A DNA stretch of 32,000 nt from Candidatus Lokiarchaeum ossiferum. GTDB taxonomy: Archaea > Asgardarchaeota > Lokiarchaeia > Sigyniarchaeales > Promethearchaeaceae. The position numbers were made by a program, and so were the translations under genes. Every line of letters starts with the position of its first letter. The stretch's first letter is position 1. The stretch spans positions 5,280,001-5,312,000 of the forward strand of contig CP104013.1 of assembly GCA_025839675.1 (NCBI GenBank), given 5' to 3'. Shown piece after piece: positions 9,001-14,933 of the stretch. The notes under the pieces are model-generated. The model worked only from the letters and a program-made list of their open reading frames with translations, did not search any database and was not told the origin of the DNA.

Positions 9001-11533
9001 GACTCAACATGAAAATAAGAGTGTTTGGGTTGAATATAAAGTTCCTCAACTATGGTGTCCTACTGGACGAGGGGATTATAATATTCTCTCAACTCTTGAT
9101 ATTAAAAAACATATAGACAATTCAGGGATATTTTCAGAAGATGTCGATCCTGAACTAGCATATTTGGGAATTCGAAAAGGTGTTCCTAATAGTTTTGGAT
9201 ATGCCTTAAAATGGTATCTAGAACAAATACATGCTGGTGTTGAATTTGATGATCCCGCTGAAGTTGTCATAAAAAGGAAAATGGATGAAGATAGTACTCG
9301 ACATCGAAGAATTATGCACCAATTTTTCTATCGAGATGCTCCTTGGGACACTGAAGAATTATGGGATTCCGAAATAGGAGAAGAAAATGGTTTTACAACA
9401 AAAAATTATATTAATGGCACTGAAAACACCTTAATCGAGAATTCTTTAGCAGATAATAGGAAATTGATTTATAAAACAAATGAATTTGGGCAACCTACCC
9501 TCACTGCAGCACCTAATACTACTTTGAATTACTCTGATTCAATAATTTACGAATTAGATTATTTACAGATGTGTATGATTTCAAAATATCGAACAGCATA
9601 TGAAGCAGGAGAAAAATACAATGCAGCAATTTTCTTTAGCACTTTAACAATCCAAATAGTTCAGACAGGATTAGCAATACTTGCAGGATATGCAGGAGGG
9701 GCCTTGCACAATAAAATAAAATGGCAAAATACATTGAGTAAAGCTTTAGGAGAAGAAGTAAAATTACAATTTTCAGAAGTATTCAATACTATTTGGAAAG
9801 CAGAACGTGGAATTAGAGGATTCATAGGAGAAATATTTGAAGAAATGGTACTTGAAGAAGCAGTTTCTTCAACTTTTATTTATCTTGGCTTTTCTGAAGG
9901 ATTATCAAACTTATTAGGAGAATCCATTTCATTTTCAACAATAAGCTCAGGTTTTAGCAAATTAACTTCTTTAGGAAAGAGTCAAACATCTGCTACTCCA
10001 AAGAAAACTAATTCGGAAATTGTAAAAAGTATCCAAACTGTAAATCAATTTGTTTTTGGATCTCAAACATCTAGTCCTAGCCAAGCAGGATCTAATTCCG
10101 AATTAATTCGAAGTAAGTTAGACTCCAAGAAATCATCCAAAACCGCTAAATATATGAGTATGAGTAATTTCATGATTCTTCATCAAGCAGCTCATACTCT
10201 AGATATGACTTCTATCACAAAATTGCAAGGTTATATCGACAACAACGCAGTTAATGATAAGATGGGAGGTTCATTGAATTTAGCAAGAAATTTAAAACTA
10301 TTATCATCAGTTCTTAGAATTCCTGCACTAGAGTATACTGGAATAAAGAGTAAAAAAGCTTTAGCAAAATTTGAGATTACTATGAAAAACGAAATTTTCC
10401 AAGAAATTCTTGAAGAGGGTGGTGGAGATCCAAGTAAAATTATCGCGAATAAGCTTTTGTGGGAAATGGGTAAACTTGGGCTTGGAAAAGATGGAAAATA
10501 TCGATATCAAAAGATGCAAAGTATTCAATATGTTGGAAATCAAAAAATGCTAACTGAAATTGTTCCAATTATCGAAAATGGGGAAATTTCTTCCATTATG
10601 GTTCAATTACAAGTTGATAATGATATAGTTGGAACTTTAACTCTCGATGAATATTTAGCATTAGAAACAACTCCAAATAGCTTATCTGAGCTCATTTTGC
10701 AATCAGATGAATTTAATATGGTTGATCCAGAAAGTATAGGTTCAACTCAATCAGGTGAATTCATAAAATCACTTCCAAAACAAGCAGCAAAATTATTGGA
10801 ATATCTAAATTTTCCCATCGAAGACTTAATTAGGGGTGATGGAAAAGCTATAAAGAAGTTTGTAAATTCTTTAGGTCTTGGAAAATCCGCTAGAGAATTT
10901 GTTGAATCTGTTTATCCTGCAATATTAACAAAATATAATAATAACCCTGCCGTTTTTATAAAACTATTTGAGACTATGCTATTTTCCAAGAGGACATTTC
11001 TTGAAATCGGTGGTATGACTATCAAAGATCGATTTATGAATGGACAAGATTCAACCATAATCAATAAAATGAAAGAATTATGTAAAGCTTTAGGGTGGGA
11101 ATTTGATAGTAGTAGAAACGTTGCGTTTCTTGAATTTGATTTAAAGCATTTAGATCAAGAAAATAACATTGAAGGATATATTGCATCTAAAAGTCAACCT
11201 GAGTCTATGAATTGGCAACCGACATTTGATAATGAGATAGCAGACATATTTGAAGCAATTGATAATAATGATGGATTAGGAATAAGATATACTGATACAG
11301 AAAGAAAAATGTTAATGGATCTTTTCTTTATTTTAAATATTGTAAATCAAAATAAATATATTGAAGGATCATCTGTAATATTATATACTCGTAATCCTCC
11401 TTGTCGATCATGTCAAAAAATAATAAAAAGAGTGGGAGAAATTCTCAAAACACAAGGTATACATCTTACCGTAATGTGGGGAAGCGATATTCTTATACCT
11501 TTCAATTGGCAACAGGTGAATTTAGATGATTGA
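2..11533 (+). CDS. Giant membrane-anchored surface protein, 5'-truncated by the window (3843 aa visible), with a C-terminal deaminase-like toxin-type domain (polymorphic-toxin-like architecture)
   Basis: Frame 2 has no stop from nt 2 to the TGA at 11531-11533. I translated 2-331 by hand (NYILENHSNFDSS...AQYDILLENS). The ORF-track start at 329 is only a TTG inside the open frame, so the true 5' end lies outside the window. The protein is Asn/Asp-rich. It has prealbumin/CarboxypepD_reg-like beta-sandwich signatures (GKVVDSFGQPLPKDFEF 1559-1609; IRGQLIDNDGKPMFEF 2876-2923), DxNGDG loops, two hydrophobic segments, a Ser/Thr-rich linker (~9930-10170) and a C-terminal PCxxC domain. Confidence 0.9.
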   Translation, partial: NYILENHSNFDSSLIKIDISKIHLTYSVINGNESIRESNYEEIQEFRLDIDDSNDLDTLDISSLFSINISSTLPNTETLFATDEDLIWGNNPISYLALKNKYTAQYDILLENSVEMVISDNLRILSSNNLKLYLYENFEQYLQYDSTLGLYFIEGRNGILWSLRNERFETLKMNCEVIDSEVQIELESWNSDVELLNNGKTKTVSIADADGDNDQDIILDTSTVIYQQKNEATYAMKISTFDNDDELICDMNFLAIQDRGAPHPEFFGHLSEIVEFGRNFSLNVVDYSTDLTDIYLFYSYNETGPFIELDHQSITETQNYFRYEIDSENSSAYLNEGKIFFNFTCTDDSGLNGSTILSCIIDRSPIDPLFSVIDFEKTILDENDDEMNCISVQSNIEIDIPYEAETESDLDYIKLFLICNDEIIWKNTYFPSDLVRSENGYELQFNIYENVIKYIMNYNISDTLRFEWQTVDKACNIHEFKKNYTFNLDSDFEIFLCNDDGLMLNQNEIDFYYYNEYINGKVVDSFGQPLPKDFEFDLCLDGLILNKTKITNNYGSFNAKIVSCELYSNDLRYNQDVIINGIDGKFEQDKSIQMGAGLSSRYSQIDAVNRLFLESDKGNIVLKYENMDYSEYNILDGFEGFHFDLFIPAAVSYLSGSTFSEIQLQFSNASSSQSNENDTIFTYTLNSREILDLLDKDPNVYTYYDMHVKHLSIDVPFYELDSSNFYNEFDLSKITAVRIVGQDNLIHPGINFQDATFYRQSLMCGGLFLIDLVNNATMYYSENARGLDTPREYQISAQIQNSNIMDIYASSDFSIQIGRINTDFLNIVDIFDDIHYSDIISINGIGFDNDYVIFTNDMVNSYLCLKSHPNYTSDEYINIGVSFPIGIKTKTDFMIIAQPNHYYNLDLIYSGSSFFESSVIPIIEGDYEIQKKNLSVDLFRYDLDEQFEISIDRNQTSIIRGQLIDNDGKPMFEFDTTSSENLSFYMYNDYILEFKEDREIFSNNNVLLGIYDRNFDYWIENSQIKGGFFNFTLNNTNNGNIPLNPGRYIFNINFTGNNYYNSINRTIIIDVEASDVLFEMKDPETDRWVDLNFELDPSITFSDSKSYTFRLNDAYTNKPISNVPIWLQISLVPYAYDSSKLENFLSDCYGDYLIRHDNVPEELRIKKYIQDKTSKPIAYPYFDEKCEEIRTFGPLYYQMVESNSEGIVVFNIEGDVFQNVMDYWYEKLKFTPISVEDINLYIRAFYSSSFDVEFMQIQETTYYEKSLPIDLFNNNEWIYDYSDEEYNLISDYLSGTLYTDPYHKSGYVDGIITIEKEDTMLMSAYQEVVGAGNFTLCTQVIEADVVNGQYIPEKHDDSNFIEKYGLSSLDKFAITMEIYDHTNLNKYISGQHIGFGKYVNYNNDADDLGVVEYNNSEAIYGVEWTNLVPNYYNIHYSVAQPDNEPYTDEISYSKTYKMPINTSVPLLLKSQSTFSIDNPSHVYSIPQFIESLENIDVSYLSENSEYIDSFYDGNYPIIKTDISISADSLSGENYNNTDEVVVNILADNVVLGQYKVSNFSEELIHTKHFELPLKILEGRIPDISFRVDFVPLPEKNIDWDEEREEFASNDAADINWVDYRDSLIHNAWVDYQIRTNYDIKIDNFVISDSNILDNAQNWNIYDDVNDEWIYSNDTTKQSDSIVRISEMGKDSSTISSTNEFTKDLISTINKVNILQYRINQDCADWSSDIMQISDSMTFNVSEIFKDVFYVERINRNCSISYADPVSEENVEDVYQTFNGFMLSDLSNCENSIRTANFYNSSELDFASQSAIYAGLNQGDVVKISIKDIYMPYQSQINWSLIAPKFDSVDISNIDIQLDFKIKGTTEEYFSNGEIYYHYLNAASYNEDITKYFVDMSQVIPEDFWSKFVDIEIIIHAITTDDLVQLYLLDSLITGNENIIKMSNVYPTALRARMFSTNLMYFYTSNAFDIGATVTENININDQNDILYRLEEDDDPYTNNLIDILNVWDWNVYVNPPEDDIRRYIDLYKWHYNEETKTYEELNELTDYNQNLQTYFDFADDDNDGLSMVKMKFKEAYMEDLTEPKRFSGLLRLYNNDYDNPEDPENSGSILSEMTSRKITVLLNPETWEQQAEMITLKTSSTSTSDTYRTDLGNKNIDLEIKNEFEKQSSLTYFLEAGINDVNITDWSEEVKIKNAPTTTAGNLKYDLENYQSYYDIITGLPASAELDSSYLFIELEKQSNLIYEFDMNIDGIYGINSHLDKGEYEFLDLPFYIDNCTYIENIQFSLYDSSTLRYTELTEISDLTDYYSRNKVIDISGIDFDTINFKIQFKDIVTAYGKNPNITIGGLGLFDEKSVGYLNINLRETESSQSDTYTTYSHPLTPTIFNPIVAPNAKKMDLILNDEMDAIFIKELSIKTPERANAELNIFELAINDKLSSDIEESVMDNYKIYYSYKFDEYQNEMMKEIYSVYSEDFGMPDWISTNGLKVSELMKWSNQYSIDTNGDGDFDITIQIFDGEGKGSDIYETLPDGTEITYFNNGIQDTMLYDIGNDGIWNILEKSDTIISSFNVTDPADNENGYYYVSEYKFEYEEIWEDLTGDGIFNIKTQEYRTSDLKSPIPNYREFSTINSNGDVESYFEVHISDDDWSDYTYGKLTEFDFNGDGVFEYSEKREDLFPNTKTVLESNDENLIYETYTKTYIDSSGNKTIEEGIEFLQNLTFICLGPDPVDEWNGGEGTYERVLAGEFVILEDIPVNFDPRSFSDIPNSIRLDEHGTIAWYDSDNNGHYEIAFIFTQESWQEQIAVAAYQSSTGKYVVHTQYGEFENSNDTITAFHWLSDYYDFTDIMDVGWDAAYDDHNRKMGSADFWITQIMDTLLSCLTMFIVGALAPATFGASLLLTTVINSLFQKLLRPLLVDLMEEFGVLTRDRSHILGGKDESGLKHDPIEFLEEVGQSFVDDWAIFGKSEGIPYYTERAYFTDVDPFTIDQNKEQFSSDPNVDPMTQHENKSVWVEYKVPQLWCPTGRGDYNILSTLDIKKHIDNSGIFSEDVDPELAYLGIRKGVPNSFGYALKWYLEQIHAGVEFDDPAEVVIKRKMDEDSTRHRRIMHQFFYRDAPWDTEELWDSEIGEENGFTTKNYINGTENTLIENSLADNRKLIYKTNEFGQPTLTAAPNTTLNYSDSIIYELDYLQMCMISKYRTAYEAGEKYNAAIFFSTLTIQIVQTGLAILAGYAGGALHNKIKWQNTLSKALGEEVKLQFSEVFNTIWKAERGIRGFIGEIFEEMVLEEAVSSTFIYLGFSEGLSNLLGESISFSTISSGFSKLTSLGKSQTSATPKKTNSEIVKSIQTVNQFVFGSQTSSPSQAGSNSELIRSKLDSKKSSKTAKYMSMSNFMILHQAAHTLDMTSITKLQGYIDNNAVNDKMGGSLNLARNLKLLSSVLRIPALEYTGIKSKKALAKFEITMKNEIFQEILEEGGGDPSKIIANKLLWEMGKLGLGKDGKYRYQKMQSIQYVGNQKMLTEIVPIIENGEISSIMVQLQVDNDIVGTLTLDEYLALETTPNSLSELILQSDEFNMVDPESIGSTQSGEFIKSLPKQAAKLLEYLNFPIEDLIRGDGKAIKKFVNSLGLGKSAREFVESVYPAILTKYNNNPAVFIKLFETMLFSKRTFLEIGGMTIKDRFMNGQDSTIINKMKELCKALGWEFDSSRNVAFLEFDLKHLDQENNIEGYIASKSQPESMNWQPTFDNEIADIFEAIDNNDGLGIRYTDTERKMLMDLFFILNIVNQNKYIEGSSVILYTRNPPCRSCQKIIKRVGEILKTQGIHLTVMWGSDILIPFNWQQVNLDD
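7499..8370 (+). repeat. FG-GAP/VCBS-like calcium-loop repeat region within the giant protein (possible beta-propeller)
   Basis: Six D-x-[ND]-G-D-G-type loops recur at roughly 30-120 aa spacing: IDTNGDGDFDI (7499), YDIGNDGIWNI (~7639), DLTGDGIFNI (~7783), INSNGDVESY (~7881), FDFNGDGVFEY (~7972), YDSDNNGHYEIA (~8336). The region lies just upstream of the first membrane segment. Confidence 0.5.
8621..8716 (+). other. Hydrophobic membrane segment 1 of the giant protein (one long helix or a helical hairpin)
   Basis: LLSCLTMFIVGALAPATFGASLLLTTVINSLF is 32 uncharged, mostly hydrophobic residues, flanked by polar sequence. Confidence 0.6.
9623..9706 (+). other. Hydrophobic membrane segment 2 of the giant protein
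   Basis: AAIFFSTLTIQIVQTGLAILAGYAGGAL, followed by the basic HNKIKW. Confidence 0.55.
11117..11530 (+). other. C-terminal cytidine-deaminase-fold-like (toxin-type) domain with a non-canonical first motif
   Basis: LGIRY-TDTE-RKMLMDLFFIL (D-T-E codons 11294-11302), then 33 residues, then VILYTRNP-PCRSC-QKIIKRVGE (PCRSC 11399-11413), then IHLTVMWG. This reproduces the strand-[H/C]xE-helix ... strand-PCxxC-helix ... strand layout and spacing of deaminase-superfamily domains. Asp sits where His/Cys is expected. Confidence 0.45.
11514..11519 (+). promoter_or_regulatory. Shine-Dalgarno-like AGGTGA for the downstream immunity-like gene
   Basis: AGGTGA lies 6 nt before the ATG at 11526, inside the 3' end of the giant ORF. 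ATG 11526 and TGA 11531-11533 overlap as ATGATTGA, consistent with translational coupling. Confidence 0.45.
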
Positions 11534-13088
11534 TATATTTACAAATTTTTTAAATGAGCAATATAAGAATGGTAGATTACAACAAAATGATAATATTGGT
11601 TGTAATAAGGAACAAATAAAAGAAATTGAAGAAAAATATCAGATTAAATTCCCTAAAATTTACATTTCTTTTTTGGAAAATTTTGGACTTAAATCTGGAC
11701 AGATATTTCCTTCAAAACATTTTTTTTCTTATCCATATTTGTTAAAAATGAAAAAATTAGTTAAAGAGCATTTAGATTACTTACCAGAATTTTATCTATC
11801 TGAAAATTGTTTCATTTTTTATCTAATAGAAGACTTTGATACAAATGGAGCATTTTTGTTTTTTAAACTTATTGAGGGTATTGATGATCCTCCAATTTAT
11901 ATTTATAGTGAAGATTTTAATTTTCCAATTTTATTTTTTGAATCATTTTCTAAATGGCTTTTTTCAAATCATTATCTACCATTTAGAGATAAAATTTTTG
12001 TGATTTCTAATGATATCAATGAAGATGAATTTGATATAATATCAAAAATAAAAAATGAAGTTGGTTCTGCAGATATTAGAATAAAAACAAAAAATAAGAA
12101 AATTTGTGAATTATTTATCAATAATTCATCAATTAGTGAAATCCCAGAAGAAATTGGAAGAATTTCTGAATTGGAGCATTTAGATTTATCCAATAATTTT
12201 ATAGCAAATATACCTAATCATCTTGAAAAATTGCACAAATTAAAAAAGTTGAATCTATTTAATAATAAAATTCTTTCTATCTCTGATGAATTTAAAGATC
12301 TACAATCATTGGAAGTTCTTTCTTTATCAAAAAATGAAATTGGCATTTTCCCAAATGAAATATCAGAGCTAAAAAAATTGAGAGTATTAGCACTATCTAA
12401 TAATTATATTTCAAATATTCCAGATTCAATTAACAATTTAAAAAGGTTAGAGGAAATTTATTTAAATTCTTGCGATATTGATAAAATTTCACCACTATTG
12501 TTTAAATTGTCAAATTTAAGAGTTATTGAATTATATGATAACAATATTAATGGTATATCCGAAAATACAATAAAAAATGAAAATTTAAAAATTTTAGATT
12601 TTTCAAAAAATAATTTTTCTACTATACCTTCATTTATTTATTGTTTTAATAAATTGAATGAGTTAAAGTTTGATGATAATAACTTAACGACTATTACTGA
12701 ATCTATCAACCAACTGCTCAATCTAAGATTCTTATCATTGAAGAATAATAAAATTAATCAATTGTCAGACAATTTTGGTGATTTATCAAATTTAGAAGAA
12801 ATATATTTTGATAATAATATATTGCAAAACATTCCTTTTTCTATTTGCAATTTGCAGAATTTAAAGATTTTAAGTCTTAGAGGTAATAAGATTGAAGAAT
12901 TACCTGAAGAAATGCAGAATTTGACAAATCTAGAATATTTAGATATTTCTAAGAATCTACTAAAAATTTTACCAGAATGGATATTAAAATATAAACATAT
13001 AAAAAATATTGATTTTTATTTAAATCCTTTAAAAAATTCAAGTATCTTAAAAAAAATAGAACTGCAAAAAAAAAAACGAGATCATTAA
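11526..13088 (+). CDS. SUKH (SMI1/KNR4)-type immunity-like domain fused to a 14-repeat LRR solenoid
   Basis: The N-terminal ~160 aa carry the SMI1/KNR4 pattern: CNKEQIKEIEEKYQIKFPKIYISFLENFG ... FIFYLIEDFDTNGAFLFFKL ... DDPPIYIY. The C-terminal ~310 aa are 23-residue LxxLxLxxNxIxxIPxxIxxLxx repeats. The gene overlaps the upstream toxin-like ORF by 8 nt. Confidence 0.8.
   Translation: MIDIFTNFLNEQYKNGRLQQNDNIGCNKEQIKEIEEKYQIKFPKIYISFLENFGLKSGQIFPSKHFFSYPYLLKMKKLVKEHLDYLPEFYLSENCFIFYLIEDFDTNGAFLFFKLIEGIDDPPIYIYSEDFNFPILFFESFSKWLFSNHYLPFRDKIFVISNDINEDEFDIISKIKNEVGSADIRIKTKNKKICELFINNSSISEIPEEIGRISELEHLDLSNNFIANIPNHLEKLHKLKKLNLFNNKILSISDEFKDLQSLEVLSLSKNEIGIFPNEISELKKLRVLALSNNYISNIPDSINNLKRLEEIYLNSCDIDKISPLLFKLSNLRVIELYDNNINGISENTIKNENLKILDFSKNNFSTIPSFIYCFNKLNELKFDDNNLTTITESINQLLNLRFLSLKNNKINQLSDNFGDLSNLEEIYFDNNILQNIPFSICNLQNLKILSLRGNKIEELPEEMQNLTNLEYLDISKNLLKILPEWILKYKHIKNIDFYLNPLKNSSILKKIELQKKKRDH
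12108..13040 (+). repeat. 14 tandem 23-aa leucine-rich repeats (coding)
   Basis: Read directly from the translation: ELFINNSSISEIPEEIGRISELEH / LDLSNNFIANIPNHLEKLHKLKK / LNLFNNKILSISDEFKDLQSLEV / ... / LDISKNLLKILPEWILKYKHIKN / IDFYLNPL. Confidence 0.85.
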
Positions 13089-14933
13089 GTGAGTGAATTT
13101 TAAAAACTTAAAATTTACCGTTTTTTCGTTTTTTTCTTAATTCTGCTTCCCACTTCCGACGTTTATCCCAAAATGCTTTTTGTCGTGGATTTAAAGCAAT
13201 CTCTTGAAGTTGACAAAAACCTGAATCTCGTGCTAGTTTAATCCACATAGAGTTTGTTTTAAACTCCCTTCCAGTTGAAAATGCACTTAATTTCGTCAAT
13301 AAGTCAGTTCTACCTAATTTATATGCTGTAATTGCTCGCATTAAATCCAGTATATATGTTAAGGTACGATGAAGGTGGGCCATATTCAATCCACGAGTAT
13401 TTAATCGTTTTTGATTATAAAATGTAGGGTTTGCAGATTGACCTGCTTCAACTAAAGGTCGTTGAGCATACATTAATAATATGTCTTGCTCTGTCCATCC
13501 AGGTGGAAAATAATCGGAATTAAACCAAAATCCTTTTTTTAATTCCCGAGTTGGATGAGTTTTAAGGTGTTTTGGTGCACGAAGCAAAGGAAAAATGCCC
13601 CGATCTTGATAAAATTCCAGACTTTTCTTACAATACGTACCTGTATCACCCATCACCATCTTCCACTCTCCAATTTTAAGATTATTAAAAGCGGTAAAGG
13701 TTTTGCGGGATGCTGGTTTATCGTTCATATTGCCTGGAAAAGTCTCAAAATGTATTGGAAGTGCCCGTTTCCAGCTCCCACAATACGCATAAAGTGTCCA
13801 ATGAACAAATCCAACACCAAGCTTCTTCCCTGAATGACGATAATATCCAGCATCACTATCATTATACTTTGTTGTTTTTGAATTTTTATTGTTGTTACAG
13901 TTCGTTCTGACAAATTGACCATCAAAAATCATGATTCTAGGAATGATTATCCTAAGATCAATAAGCTTCACGAACTAAGTTATGAAAATAATCCATGACT
14001 CGGGAAAGAGGGATACGATTCATAATATAACTGATATCATCCGCGGAGGGAAAGTAGTAAGAATCATGTAAAATCCCCTTCAAAGGATTATCACCAATAA
14101 AATATGACATTTTTTCTAAACCTGAATAATCTTTGAATCCAAGCTGGCGACGAAGTAGTTCAAATGCGATAATATCATGAAGGAACATTCCTTTGAAATG
14201 AACTCCCTGTATCTCCAATTCATCTTGAATTTTATCAAAGTAACTAAGATCATTCATTTCAAAGATATGATTGAAATATCCTGAAAATTTTGGTAGCGTG
14301 TGGAGCATATCCCACTCTGACTGCGGAAGTATGCCTTTTGCATAATCATCATAAGTTGTTTGCCCAAGATTGCGAAATCGCATGAAGTACTTCCGTTTGG
14401 GAAGAATATGTGCAATATTTCCGTATATATAATGCTCTAATCGTGTTTGGGATTTAGAAACTATCAATGAAGGGGCTTTCCGGGCGTGACGCTTGAATGG
14501 AAACCATTTAAATTTTTTATATACATAGCGATATGTCTTTGGAATCCACATTTCAAGTATTTGAGTTGATTTCAGACCGATATAATCATGTAACTGCATT
14601 TGATATATTGAAGGCCGTCGTCGATATTTGAATATTAGAATAGCTGATGCACCCCAGATATTGAATATATTAGTGTAAGGAAAACAAGAATAAAATTGTT
14701 TTGGTTTTTATATTATCTAAAATCTTGAAATTGGGCATGATTTTATGCTCATCATCAGATCATTTAAGATCCACTAATTTGGCCTAGCAAACGGGAAATT
14801 TTGTGAATGCTAAAAAACGTGTCCACTTTTGCTCGACAAAATTAAATGTGGTATAAAATGGGGGATTCAAAGCCAATGGGTGATAAATTACTAAAAAAAG
14901 TGAAAATTACAAAAAGTACGATTCACTCAAGTA
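13089..14933 (-). mobile_element. IS4/IS5-family insertion sequence; ends not confidently defined
   Basis: It contains the split transposase. The only terminal-repeat candidate I found is short: GAGTGAAT 13091-13098 versus ATTCACTC 14921-14928, each abutted by AAGT (13087-13090 and 14929-14932). In AT-rich DNA this could be chance. Confidence 0.35.
13108..14599 (-). pseudogene. IS4/IS5-type DDE transposase split into two overlapping ORFs by a frameshift
   Basis: ORF 14599-13958 (213 aa) has an InsH/DUF772-like N-terminal region (FELLRRQLGFKDYSGLEKMSYFIGDNPLKGILHDSYYFPSADDISYIMNRI). ORF 13971-13108 (287 aa) is DDE_Tnp_1-like, with candidate triad IMIFDGQF / VMGDTGTY / YAQRPLVEAGQ. By codon phase (14599 = 1 mod 3, 13971 = 0 mod 3), joining them needs a +1 or -2 shift. 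Confidence 0.75.

Noticed and set aside
118-10543. Short ORFs from the track inside or antisense to the giant gene: 118-303(-), 3675-3866(+), 5966-6148(-), 9076-9270(-), 10361-10543(-).
   Set aside because: All lie fully within the uninterrupted 11.5-kb ORF. They are low-complexity or hydrophobic products of AT-rich alternative frames, with no motifs or start-context support.
11972-12193. 73-aa antisense ORF inside the SUKH-LRR gene.
   Set aside because: It is embedded in a well-supported coding region on the other strand and has no recognisable features.
13555-13925. Three 66-92-aa ORFs (13555-13833+, 13710-13910+, 13725-13925-) overlapping the transposase C-terminal ORF.
   Set aside because: They overlap one another and the DDE-domain ORF. 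They are alternative-frame artefacts.
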